A DNA stretch of 54,565 nt from Candidatus Falkowbacteria bacterium (GTDB taxonomy: Bacteria > Patescibacteriota > Patescibacteriia > Patescibacteriales > UBA12075), in contig JAZDLN010000017.1 in assembly GCA_043801965.1 (NCBI GenBank), forward strand, positions 1 to 54,565. The letters are read 5' to 3'. Numbering within the stretch: position 1 is the first letter of the stretch; each line of letters opens with the position of its first letter. The position numbers and the translations under genes were made by a program. Under the pieces are notes generated by a model. That model saw only the letters and a program-made list of their open reading frames with translations, made no database searches and was not told the origin of the DNA. Positions 8,807 through 17,671 of the stretch are shown in pieces.

Positions 8807-9655
8807 TTATTCAAGATATTTTTCCTCGAAAAATTGCGGCACCCGGCAATTCAGGAAACTGACGCAATCATTCGGCGCCTTGATATCGATAGCATTGATG
8901 CATTTGATCATTTCCTTGGGCCAGGCGGCGCATTCCTCCATGCAGGCGTCATAGGCGTCGTTCAAATCTCCCGGCGTGGCATCCTCGGTATACGCGGCGC
9001 AATCCTTGTGTCTTTGGCAGGCATCGCCGCATTTATCGGAAATCGCTTTTTTCTTTTCTTCGTCATTACATAAGGCCTTGAGGCTGTTTAATTCCGAAAT
9101 AATATCCTTTTCAATCGTATTGATCATATCAAAATCAGACGGCTCAACCATGTCGAGAGGCTCTGACCCGGGGATCGGAGGGATAAATTCCCCGTCCGCG
9201 GAAGGTACCGGATCCGATTCGGACATATCAAGAGGCTCTGACCCGGGGATCGGAGGGATGTCCCCGTAGTCCACATCCGCCGAGCCGGAAGGACCGGGAA
9301 CGGGCTCGACCATGTCGAGAGGCTCTGACCCGGGGATCGGAGGGATAAATTCCCCGTCCGCCGGGGCCGGGTTATTATCCAGCCACGCTTTTTTCCGGGC
9401 CGCGAGATCGGCCAGCTTCTCTTCAAGGCCGTCTATCCGTTGATTCATGTCTTTCTTGTTCTCGCAATTTTCGCCGGCAAGCGCTTTAAGCCGTTCCGCT
9501 TCATTGAGCAAATCCTTATAATCCGCGACAATATTTCCCGAGCCGCCCGATCTTTCCCGCCCGGAATCGGAAAAATGCTCCGAGGCCAGGAAGCCGCCCA
9601 GGCCCAAAACGACCACGGCCGAAAAGGCCATTATAACTTTTTTTATCGTACTCAT
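8807..9655 (-). CDS. Membrane-anchored protein with coiled coil, Pro/acidic repeats and Cys-rich C-terminal domain
   Basis: N-terminal TM; 3x IPPIPGSEPLDM; CGDACQRHKDC...CMEEC...C...C. Confidence 0.75.
   Translation of the reverse strand: MSTIKKVIMAFSAVVVLGLGGFLASEHFSDSGRERSGGSGNIVADYKDLLNEAERLKALAGENCENKKDMNQRIDGLEEKLADLAARKKAWLDNNPAPADGEFIPPIPGSEPLDMVEPVPGPSGSADVDYGDIPPIPGSEPLDMSESDPVPSADGEFIPPIPGSEPLDMVEPSDFDMINTIEKDIISELNSLKALCNDEEKKKAISDKCGDACQRHKDCAAYTEDATPGDLNDAYDACMEECAAWPKEMIKCINAIDIKAPNDCVSFLNCRVPQFFEEKYLE
9141..9361 (-). repeat. Intragenic near-identical repeats (DGEFIPPIPGSEPLDMVEP)
   Basis: ~57-bp copies at 9141-9199 and 9303-9361 plus a partial copy between them. Confidence 0.85.
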
Positions 9656-9774
9656 ATTTTTGCGATGCCTGAGCGCGCTTCGGCGCGTTCCGGCTGTTAT
9701 AAATTTTGTTATCGGCCGAATTTTTACCGGAAAACGACGGCCGCTTCAACCGGAGAGGGTTCGGCCGGCCCGGA

Positions 9775-10254
9775 TCAGGCGTTCAGCCGCCAGAGATAAA
9801 AATTAAGCACGGCCGCGAAGCTTACCCAGGCCCAATACGGTATCAATAAATAAGCGGCGGTCTTGTCGATCTCCCGAAAACGCCGCGTTACCTCTCCGAT
9901 CATGAGCCAAAGGACTATGACATTCGCGAAGGCCCAGCCCGGGCTTTTCAGGCCGAAGAATACGATCGACCACGAGGTGTTGAAAAAAAGATGGATTATG
10001 AATATTATTATTCCTGCTTTAATTCGTTTTTGGTCCGTTCCCTGCTTCCAGACGAGATAAAGCGCCACGCCCATGAGCGCGTACAAAAGCGTCCAGACGG
10101 GGCCGAAGATCCACCCGGGCGGATTAAACGACGGCTTAACGAGCGCGGCGTACCAGCCGGGAATGGCCGGAGCGGTAAAGACCGATCCGAAAAGTCCCGC
10201 CGCCTGGCAGGCCGCGATCGATATTATTAATTTTACGGCATTGGCTTTTTTCAT
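9775..10254 (-). CDS. tspO: TspO/MBR tryptophan-rich sensory protein
   Basis: WYAALVKPSFNPPGWIFGPVWTLLY, LIPYWAWVSFAAVLN. Confidence 0.93.
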   Translation of the reverse strand: MKKANAVKLIISIAACQAAGLFGSVFTAPAIPGWYAALVKPSFNPPGWIFGPVWTLLYALMGVALYLVWKQGTDQKRIKAGIIIFIIHLFFNTSWSIVFFGLKSPGWAFANVIVLWLMIGEVTRRFREIDKTAAYLLIPYWAWVSFAAVLNFYLWRLNA

Positions 10255-10488
10255 GTATTTATCTTAATTTAAATTATAGTCCGGATGGCGATTCCGCGAA
10301 GCCGCCCTAGACATATTTTGGATCAGTTTTTCTTCGCCCGCCAGTTGATCTCGAAAGAAACGGAATGTTTTCCCGGTATCCGCCACCTCGAAAACCGAAA
10401 GCAGAAGAGCTGAAATTTATTTTCGGCGATTCGCCCGAAACCGAATCTATTTAAGGTAAGTTCTATATCTATTGCCATATGATCGAGA

Positions 10489-10516
10489 GCGGAAACACTG
10501 AATTTTGTATTCCCGC
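10489..10516. repeat. REP-like palindrome copy 1 (degenerate)
   Basis: GCGGAAACACTGAATTTTGTATTCCCGC. Confidence 0.55.
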
Positions 10517-10523
10517 GATATGC

Positions 10524-10823
10524 CTAGGCATTAAACAACTTATTAAAATTTTCCGTCCGGTTTTTTTCCTTTTCCCAATTAGCCGGATTTTTCCTGATGT
10601 AGAGACGGATGCGGTCCAGTTCGGCATCATCCCGTATTATCCGGTCATAAAACCGCGACTGCCAGGCGAAATCCAGGTCATTGTTTTTCGCGTATTTGGT
10701 AACGCCGATTTTAAACCCCCGTATTATCGATGACAGGTTTTTCGATTGCGGACCGAATTTGTTCTGATATCCTGTCCCGGGTGTGGGAACACAAAATTTT
10801 GTGCTCCCATCAACGAATACGCC
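10524..10823 (-). pseudogene. C-terminal half of a REP-associated tyrosine transposase (RAYT, Y1)
   Basis: Manual translation NKFGPQSKNLSSIIRGFKIGVTKYAK...WQSRFYDRIIRDDAELDRIRLYIRKNPANW; no start codon or HUH motif, in-frame stop upstream. Confidence 0.85.
10783..10810. repeat. REP-like palindrome copy 2 (inside RAYT frame)
   Basis: GTGGGAACACAAAATTTTGTGCTCCCAT. Confidence 0.8.
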
Positions 10824-10972
10824 CTATATAGTTAAAAAACACTTTGTATAGTTAAAAACACCTTGTTCAGTGAGGACACCTTGTGCTGGCAGTTATTGCA
10901 AAATTTGCACCAACTGATTTTGCCCTTTTTTTCATAATATATTTTAAAATACTCACTGACATTTTTTACACA

Positions 10973-11053
10973 TTACCTTAACCGTGCTTCGCCCCGACCG
11001 CTGGCTTTTAGCTTGAGGTCTATATATTCGGCTCTTGTTTCGGATTCGTTCAT
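10973..11053 (-). pseudogene. N-terminal relic of a type I restriction subunit (HsdR, EcoEI-like)
   Basis: MNESETRAEYIDLKLKASGRG resembles the MNEAETRAE.IDP.LK.SGWG HsdR start; truncated after 26 aa. Confidence 0.65.
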
Positions 11054-11058
11054 AAATA

Positions 11059-12096
11059 CTATTTAAAATAATCATTGACCGCATCTTCAAACTGCTCAAT
11101 AAATATCTTCTTAAAATAAGAAATATTATTTATTTCATAAAATAATATGACGGCTTTTTTGTATTCCTCAATGTCCACGATTCTATAGGAAAGTGGTATT
11201 GAGTTATACGACAATAAAAGAGCATTGGATAACATGCGGGAAGTTCTCTTGTTGCCATCTTCAAAAATTTGAATATACGCGATTAAAATCAAGACCAAAA
11301 AAGCTTTTTCAAAAAAAGACTCTTTTCTATTGATCAAATCAACCATCTTCTGCATCGCTTCTTTGATCTGGTGGCTATTATCCAGCGGCTTATATTTTGT
11401 ACCGGTAATCCCGACTGCTCCATTTCTAATGTTTTTGGAAATTCCAAGTTTTTTTGTTAAAACCGAGTGTATATGTTCAATATCAGAACAATGCAGTTTT
11501 CTAAACCGCTCCCTATTTTGAATTGCTTCGTTAAACGCGTCTTTATGATTAAGAATCATCTGGGTCTCCTCTTTTGTCTTGCCTTTCCCAATGATATTGT
11601 TTTTTATCAAGGCTTCGGTGCCCAATAAAGAATACGTGTTCCCTTCTATTGCGGAAGACTTCCAGGAAAATTCAATCATTATTCTTTCAAATTCTTTGTT
11701 TATGAGGGTTTGGCTATCATACTTTGTAAAATTTTTAATAAACTCTCTTTGCAGTTTATCTAGTTTTTCTTTTTCTTCAGCCACAAAAATATCATTTTCC
11801 AAAATACTTAAAATTTCAAAATTAAAACTTTCTTTTATCTCTCTTCTTACATATGGAATATCAAAATATTCTTTAATGTCCACCTCTTCCAAAATCCTGT
11901 AAGTTTCAGACAAAGCATAGGCAACAAAAGCTCCTGCCCCGCTTTTCTGCAAAAATTTCTGCTTGCACAAAAAAGATAAATCCCTCGTTATTGTTTCTCT
12001 GGAATATTTGTTATCAAAAAAAGCAACCAAATCTTTATTTTTAAAAGAATGGTTTTTCTCGGCAAACTCCATGATTTGTTTTTGTCTTTTATTCAT
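11059..12096 (-). CDS. Fic family protein with N-terminal wHTH
   Basis: SSAIEGNT; degenerate Fic motif QIFEDGNKRTSR (His replaced by Gln); N-terminal SRETITRDL HTH. Confidence 0.9.
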   Translation of the reverse strand: MNKRQKQIMEFAEKNHSFKNKDLVAFFDNKYSRETITRDLSFLCKQKFLQKSGAGAFVAYALSETYRILEEVDIKEYFDIPYVRREIKESFNFEILSILENDIFVAEEKEKLDKLQREFIKNFTKYDSQTLINKEFERIMIEFSWKSSAIEGNTYSLLGTEALIKNNIIGKGKTKEETQMILNHKDAFNEAIQNRERFRKLHCSDIEHIHSVLTKKLGISKNIRNGAVGITGTKYKPLDNSHQIKEAMQKMVDLINRKESFFEKAFLVLILIAYIQIFEDGNKRTSRMLSNALLLSYNSIPLSYRIVDIEEYKKAVILFYEINNISYFKKIFIEQFEDAVNDYFK

Positions 12097-12113
12097 GATA
12101 ATACTTTATCATC

Positions 12114-12202
12114 ATTGCGTCATTTTTTCAAGCTCATTGCGTCATTTTTTATAGCAATGCCTCTATTTTTCTTTATTTTAAGCCATTTAATTGCGTCATT
12201 TT
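12114..12202. promoter_or_regulatory. Three direct repeats ATTGCGTCATTTT upstream of HTH-Fic (probable autoregulatory operator)
   Basis: Copies start at 12114, 12136 and 12190. Confidence 0.7.
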
Positions 12203-12357
12203 ATTTACTTTATCACAACAGTTCTATGTTTGGAAGTTATTGCAAAATTTGCATCAACTGATTGTCCCCTTTTTTCATCCGATACATTTTAATAAATTTA
12301 GTAAAATGGAAATAGGTTGAAAATACTACCCAAAACAACAGTGACCAACAAAAATGC

Positions 12358-12753
12358 TCAGCAAAAAATTAATACAATCACAATAATATTATGGATTTTT
12401 GATCTAACTACAATTTTATTTACCGCTTGTCGCTTGTCAAAATAACTACCAATAAAATAACCTGCCAAAGCAAAGACAATAGCGACAAAAAATTTATCAT
12501 AGGCAGAAAAAGGCAGCATGAAAGAGATCAATAAAAAAGAAAAACAAAAGAGCAATGCCAACGGCACCTTTCTTTTTCCTTCACCTAATGATTTTTCAGG
12601 ATGCCTAAAAATTGAATTACCTGCAATCCAACCAAATACAGAAAAAATAAAAATAAAAATTGCCGGAACAAAATAATTAGTTCCCCTGGAAAGGTAATAT
12701 CCGATAACACCAAAAGTTATTATCCCAATAATCGAAAAAGTGAACTTATTCAT
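12358..12753 (-). CDS. Multi-pass membrane protein, possibly C-terminally truncated
   Basis: 4-5 hydrophobic segments; hydrophobic frame appears to continue past the TGA. Confidence 0.6.
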   Translation of the reverse strand: MNKFTFSIIGIITFGVIGYYLSRGTNYFVPAIFIFIFSVFGWIAGNSIFRHPEKSLGEGKRKVPLALLFCFSFLLISFMLPFSAYDKFFVAIVFALAGYFIGSYFDKRQAVNKIVVRSKIHNIIVIVLIFC

Positions 12754-12799
12754 AATATATTTTAAAAATATTCACTACTGGGTGGAAACACCTTGTTTA

Positions 12800-12826
12800 G
12801 TGGGAACACGAAATTTTTGCTCCCAC
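12800..12826. repeat. REP-like palindrome copy 3
   Basis: GTGGGAACACGAAATTTTTGCTCCCAC. Confidence 0.75.
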
Positions 12827-12854
12827 CGGGTTTATTGTGCAAAGAAGATTGAAA

Positions 12855-14278
12855 TCATTGTTTATCATGAATAAAAAATTTTCTTTTTACTATCCTTATA
12901 AGCGGAAAAACCGCCAAAACCGCGATAATGATCGCCACATACTTAATGAGCGCTCCCGGTCCCGTCGCCAGGGCGCTGCCGCTCTCCGGTTTATTCATGT
13001 TAAAAACCCTATCCTTGTTGTCTGCCGACAAGGACACGAAAAATTTCCGGTCATTTTTGTAACTATACGCCCAGCTATTATCGGCTAAAAATACCTGCGC
13101 GTCATCAAAGCCTCCGAACGGCTCGCCGTTTATTACCAGCTTTTTTTTGGTGAAAACGGCAAGGGCGATACTATGTTTTCCATCACCCAGATATTGTCCG
13201 ATATTTCTACCACCTGAAAACTGCCGTCATACGGACCGTACTCCCGGCCGCCGAAATTAACGTAGGTTTTCCCTTCTTTGGTATAATTAAATCCCCAGCT
13301 GTTGTCCGATACGGCCGTGTTAACGAATTCATACGGACCGTATTCCCGGCCATCAATGACCGCATAAGCTACGCCGTTGTCGGAATATTTGAAGCTCCAA
13401 TGGTTTTCGGAAATTTTCAGACCGTATACCGAATCGTAGGGGCCGTATACCTTATCATCGAGGTTCACGTAAGCGCCGCCGTCAGCCGAGTACTCGAACC
13501 CCCAGGAATCATCCGTGATAACCGACGCGCCTAAATATTCATACGGTCCGTAGATCTTCCCTTTGATATTTATCGATCTTTCCTGGTTGTCGGGATCATT
13601 GGTGAACTTGAAGCCCATGCTGCCCGTACTCATGAATATTTTCGCGTACGGGCCGTAATCCTGGCCGTTGATATTCACATACTCCCGGCCGCTGCTTGGA
13701 TACCGGAACTGCCAATAGCCGTTCAGGGCCAGTAATTCATAAACCGCCTCGTATGGTCCGAATTTCTTGCCGCCGGCCATTACGTACGCGCCGGGCGCGC
13801 CTTCTTCCGAAAATTCATAAGCGTAATAATCATCCGCCAATGCCAGGCCGCCAAGCGACCGGAACGGTCCGACCGTCCCTTCTTTCGTTTTTAAATAACG
13901 TTTTCCGCCCTCTTCGTAATACAAAACCCAATAACGGTCGTGCAGAGAAATCAAGGACTGGTCATACGGTCCATGCGTAACGCCGTCTATGACGGCGAAT
14001 GACCGCCCCTCGTTTTCATACCCCAGGCCCCAATGATCCCGCGACACTTTCACGTACGCATTATCATACGGGCCGTATGTTTTTCCATCGATTTCCGCAT
14101 ACCGGCTTTTGTTATTTTTCACATAGACAAAGCCCCAGTGGTTTTCGGACAAACGAACATCAATCACTCCGGAAACAACCGGGCTGCCATATGGCCCTCG
14201 TTCCGCGATTTCGGCGCAGGCTGGCTTGGCGCTTAAAAACAACAAGCCGGCAATAAAAATTAATAAAGTTTTTTTCAT
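12855..14278 (-). CDS. Exported YGPYD-repeat (beta-rich) surface protein with C-terminal TM anchor, split by a frameshift at A8 (13141-13148)
   Basis: Signal peptide; ~36-aa repeats W.F.Y....YV.I.G..YGPY; the -1 frame continues LVINGEPFGGFDDAQVFLADNSWAYSY into the 12855-13037 ORF with TM and basic tail. Confidence 0.8.
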
Positions 14279-14357
14279 AAATTAAATTATAAATTAATTG
14301 CGCGCGCTTATCCTCTGTTTTTCTCGCAGACCAGATCAATATTTTCATATCCTACCC

Positions 14358-14383
14358 GTGGGAGCACAAAATTTTGTGCCCAC
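14358..14383. repeat. REP-like palindrome copy 4
   Basis: GTGGGAGCACAAAATTTTGTGCCCAC. Confidence 0.75.
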
Positions 14384-14387
14384 TGCG

Positions 14388-14813
14388 TTATTTCATTTCT
14401 TTAAGATAGCTGATCACCGGTTCCAGGTGCTCGCGCTTTAGCTCTCCCCACTCAACCGGCTTACCGCCCTCGAGTTGGCCGGGGATTTTAAAGTAGCGGA
14501 CATACTTCTTGATCTTGCGGGGCAGAAGCCAATACGAGAACCGGCTCCATTTGTGTTCCGGACCGATCCCGCCCAAAGCCACGGCCGCGACCTTCTTGTC
14601 TTTGAGTATTGACCAATGCTTTTTAATGAAACTCTTTAAAGGCATCTGACCGGCATAGGTCCCGGAAATGACGGCAACAGAGTCCGCCGCCTTAAGCTCC
14701 TCGGCTCCGGCCGCCTCAAAGGTCATAACCGAAGCCTTAAGCGCCTCGGATAACCACTCGGCATACAACTTAGATCCACCCAAACGAGTCTTATAAACGA
14801 TGATAGTTTTCAT
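14388..14813 (-). CDS. Flavodoxin-domain protein (HemG-like)
   Basis: IIVYKTRLGGSKLYAEWLSE; GTYAGQM. Confidence 0.75.
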   Translation of the reverse strand: MKTIIVYKTRLGGSKLYAEWLSEALKASVMTFEAAGAEELKAADSVAVISGTYAGQMPLKSFIKKHWSILKDKKVAAVALGGIGPEHKWSRFSYWLLPRKIKKYVRYFKIPGQLEGGKPVEWGELKREHLEPVISYLKEMK

Positions 14814-14825
14814 ATACTTAAAAAA

Positions 14826-15623
14826 TTATTTCCAGTCATCGACGATTATCTTTTAACCGCTAGCGTCGCAATGTCCGGAGAAAAGCATAAATTCAACGGC
14901 GGTTAAAAGAAGAATCGTTATGGACGCTAAAATAATATACAATATCCACAAATTTTTTTGCGCCTTTCCGGGTGTGGCCCTCTTTATCGTCCTCTGAAAA
15001 TACCAAACAAGGAATACTATAAACCCCAGCCTGAAGGCCGACAAGGCATAGGCGTGTTCGGGGAATATAATGGCGCAATGATCGCTGCCAGAGAGTATCC
15101 GGAAAATCCCGTTTTTCCAGTCAAGGGGAAACATAAACAGGTTCACGAAAACAAAAACGGAAGATACTTTATAAAAAGCCGGCTTATTGAAGCCATAATC
15201 AGTCGCGCCGCCACCATCCCGTCTTCTTTGAGACTCTATCCTGCGCAAATGATTCCAGGAAATAATACTGACGATAACCGGACAAGATATAGATAAAAAA
15301 CTAACCAATCTGTCGATAGCCAAATGGTCAATTGCTTCACTTGCGGCCGAAATGGACAACGGCAAATACGCGATAAAACCGAATAAGTTTGCAACCCTGA
15401 GCATGGGCTGATTATACGTTTTTTCTATCATTAAAATGTTCAGCAGATTGATCGGAGCCGGAGACAACAAAATTATATACACCGCGAAAAACAGCCACGC
15501 CCTGGCGGGAATTTCAATATTATAAAAAAGTAAGGCGAGCGAAACCGGGCCTGCTATCACCGAAAATAAATTTATCCTTTTTATATTTCGCGTTGTCATA
15601 TTTTTTATTTCCAGTCATCGACG
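14826..15623. repeat. 19-bp perfect direct repeats flanking one gene
   Basis: TTATTTCCAGTCATCGACG at 14826-14844 and 15605-15623. Confidence 0.85.
14853..15599 (-). CDS. Multi-pass membrane protein
   Basis: About 7 hydrophobic segments. Confidence 0.7.
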   Translation of the reverse strand: MTTRNIKRINLFSVIAGPVSLALLFYNIEIPARAWLFFAVYIILLSPAPINLLNILMIEKTYNQPMLRVANLFGFIAYLPLSISAASEAIDHLAIDRLVSFLSISCPVIVSIISWNHLRRIESQRRRDGGGATDYGFNKPAFYKVSSVFVFVNLFMFPLDWKNGIFRILSGSDHCAIIFPEHAYALSAFRLGFIVFLVWYFQRTIKRATPGKAQKNLWILYIILASITILLLTAVEFMLFSGHCDASG

Positions 15624-15626
15624 TTT

Positions 15627-15956
15627 TTATTTTAAATTCGGTTTTTTATTGATATAATCCATGGCCACCTGCTCGATTGCGTTCGCTACATGCCTTAATT
15701 TTCGATCAATCAAAGAATTGGGAATATGGATAGTTCTATAACCGTCTTGCGACGAATAATATTCCCGGTTAAAATCGGCTTCGATCTGCCGGGAGCTCGT
15801 ATAATGGTAATCGCCGTCGATCTCGATATATATTTTCGCCCGGTCTATGGAAATATCAATATGCTTGTGATTATCCCATTTTTCTTTTTCGCATTCTATA
15901 TTCCTGCGAATCAAAGCGTTGTATAGTTTTTTAGCTTGGGGCGAGGATTTTGGCAT
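15627..15956 (-). CDS. DUF559/Vsr-like endonuclease
   Basis: HIDISIDRAKIYIEIDGDYH...D..R......GYRTIHI. Confidence 0.85.
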   Translation of the reverse strand: MPKSSPQAKKLYNALIRRNIECEKEKWDNHKHIDISIDRAKIYIEIDGDYHYTSSRQIEADFNREYYSSQDGYRTIHIPNSLIDRKLRHVANAIEQVAMDYINKKPNLK

Positions 15957-16020
15957 TGGGGGCTTGGTTATTATTTTTGAAAGTCTTACTGGTAAAACAA
16001 TCTACAACATTATTATAACA

Positions 16021-16044
16021 AAAATCGCCGTAATTGGCGATTTT
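16021..16044. terminator. Terminator closing the RelE-HTH-DUF6941 operon
   Basis: AAAATCGCC-GTAATT-GGCGATTTT. Confidence 0.7.
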
Positions 16045-16072
16045 CATGCATACAACAGGCAAACATAATTAT

Positions 16073-16522
16073 TTATTTCTTTTCTGCTGTTTCATTAAAA
16101 TTTACGTCTAGTGGAAGCTCCGCGACTTTCTTATATTTTTTATCTTTTTCACCCTTCATTTTTACGGAAAAAATATATCGTCCAGGTTCTTTAAAAGACA
16201 TGGCGCCAATTAAAAATCGGGCACGGATTCTTTTGTGCGATTTGCCAATTTCAATTTTTTGAATTAACTCGTTTTTATGCTTTTTCCCGCTGGGATCAAA
16301 AAACTCAATTAAAATACTACCCCTTTCAACCTCCATATTCTCATCTTTTAAAATTAGATGAGTAATATTAAAATTACTTGGTATCATTACCTTCCCCTCG
16401 TTCTTAAATCTTTTTTTATCAATACGAATATTAAACTCTTCAATTACGTCTATTAAGGAAATACTATTTGTTTCTTGATCGGTTATACATCTATTGCATA
16501 TTATAGACCAAACATGTTTCAT
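16073..16522 (-). CDS. DUF6941-like protein
   Basis: WSIIC....TDQETNSISLIDVI...F.EPGRYIFSV; start at ATG 16522. Confidence 0.7.
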   Translation of the reverse strand: MKHVWSIICNRCITDQETNSISLIDVIEEFNIRIDKKRFKNEGKVMIPSNFNITHLILKDENMEVERGSILIEFFDPSGKKHKNELIQKIEIGKSHKRIRARFLIGAMSFKEPGRYIFSVKMKGEKDKKYKKVAELPLDVNFNETAEKK

Positions 16523-16567
16523 AAGGTTTATGTTTAAATTATAATGTAGTAAATTTTTCAAGCAAAT

Positions 16568-17011
16568 TCAAACAAAGAATTCTGGTCTGCCCTCTTCTCT
16601 AATAATACGGCTTCCGCAAACAAAGTTATTTATCTCATTGTCTTCCGCATCTAGATTGCTCACTTCTTTAACATCTTCACTACCAGACACAAAACACACA
16701 TAACAAGATTGTTTGATCTTTTTTCCCGTAATTAAATCTTCTCCGTCACTGATTAATTCTTTATTTAGTGTTCTGAATAACCGATAGAGCATTTCGGCTA
16801 TTTTATAATTTCCGCTTTCCGCTTCCGAAACTATTCTTTGAGTCGTTCCTGCCATTTGCGCCAATTTTTTTTGGCTCAGGCCCAGTTCTTTCCTGGTATT
16901 AAAAATAATACCGGATATTCTCGTCTGAAACAAAGAAAACTCCAAAGATTCTTTGAATCTCTTTGATTTAGTCAATTCATGCAATCGGTTGTTGTTTTTT
17001 TTCTTCTTCAT
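16568..17011 (-). CDS. XRE/HigA-like HTH antitoxin with C-terminal extension
   Basis: RKELGLSQKKLAQMAGTTQRIVSEAESG HTH_3 motif; directly after the RelE-like gene. Confidence 0.8.
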   Translation of the reverse strand: MKKKKNNNRLHELTKSKRFKESLEFSLFQTRISGIIFNTRKELGLSQKKLAQMAGTTQRIVSEAESGNYKIAEMLYRLFRTLNKELISDGEDLITGKKIKQSCYVCFVSGSEDVKEVSNLDAEDNEINNFVCGSRIIREEGRPEFFV

Positions 17012-17015
17012 AAAA

Positions 17016-17478
17016 TTAAAAATTTAATTCTTTATATAAATCCCTGAATACATCTGGCATTTCTTTATATAATTCATTGTTCTTGTTATATTGCTCATAA
17101 AATCTTTGAGCTTCTTTAAATTTTCTGTCGACAAACCTGTCTGTTTTTCCACGGGATTTATAGCTTTCATCTTTTTCAAAACCGTTAAGTAATACTAATC
17201 TGTCGTTGTTGCAATCGCGATAATACGGAAATCGAATCAATAGTCTGCTATTTTTTATTCTAATTTCAATAAAATCATAACCGCTAACTTTTTTTCGCAT
17301 AATGGCCATCGGGCTCTCCGTTTTTATCTGCAACATGTTTCCATACGGCAAATATGCCGGCTATGTCCGTAATGACCGTGGCGCTATTTGGACGATCTAA
17401 GTTTTGTCCGTATTTATCATAAAAATATCGCTCAGTAGGAGTGACCGGGCCGGACTCATGGTAATAGCAAATTCGCAT
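17016..17478 (-). pseudogene. RelE/HigB-like toxin split by one extra A in an A7 run (17289-17295)
   Basis: ORFs 17284-17478 and 17016-17351 join into one 153-aa frame ...HYAKKVSGYDFIEIRIK...IRFPYY...LVLLNGFEK if one A is removed. Confidence 0.75.
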
Positions 17479-17532
17479 AGCACGGGGTTATTAACATTAT
17501 ACCTTTTTGGGTATTTTTTTTCAATACACTAT

Positions 17533-17560
17533 ATTATACCTTATCGGGTATAAATGTCAA
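17533..17560 (-). promoter_or_regulatory. TA operon promoter with overlapping palindromic operator
   Basis: TTGACA-16bp-TATAAT; TTATACC-N6-GGTATAA inverted repeat at 17534-17553. Confidence 0.75.
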
Positions 17561-17671
17561 TAGTAACAATCTACCGTAAAAAAATTAAAGATTTATTAAT
17601 GGCTTAATACGGCGGATTATAATTTTTACAAAATTTAAAAAACGAATTGCTCTACTCCAGTTACAATCTGG

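Noticed and set aside
10479-10733. 84-aa plus-strand ORF
   Set aside because: Antisense to the RAYT remnant
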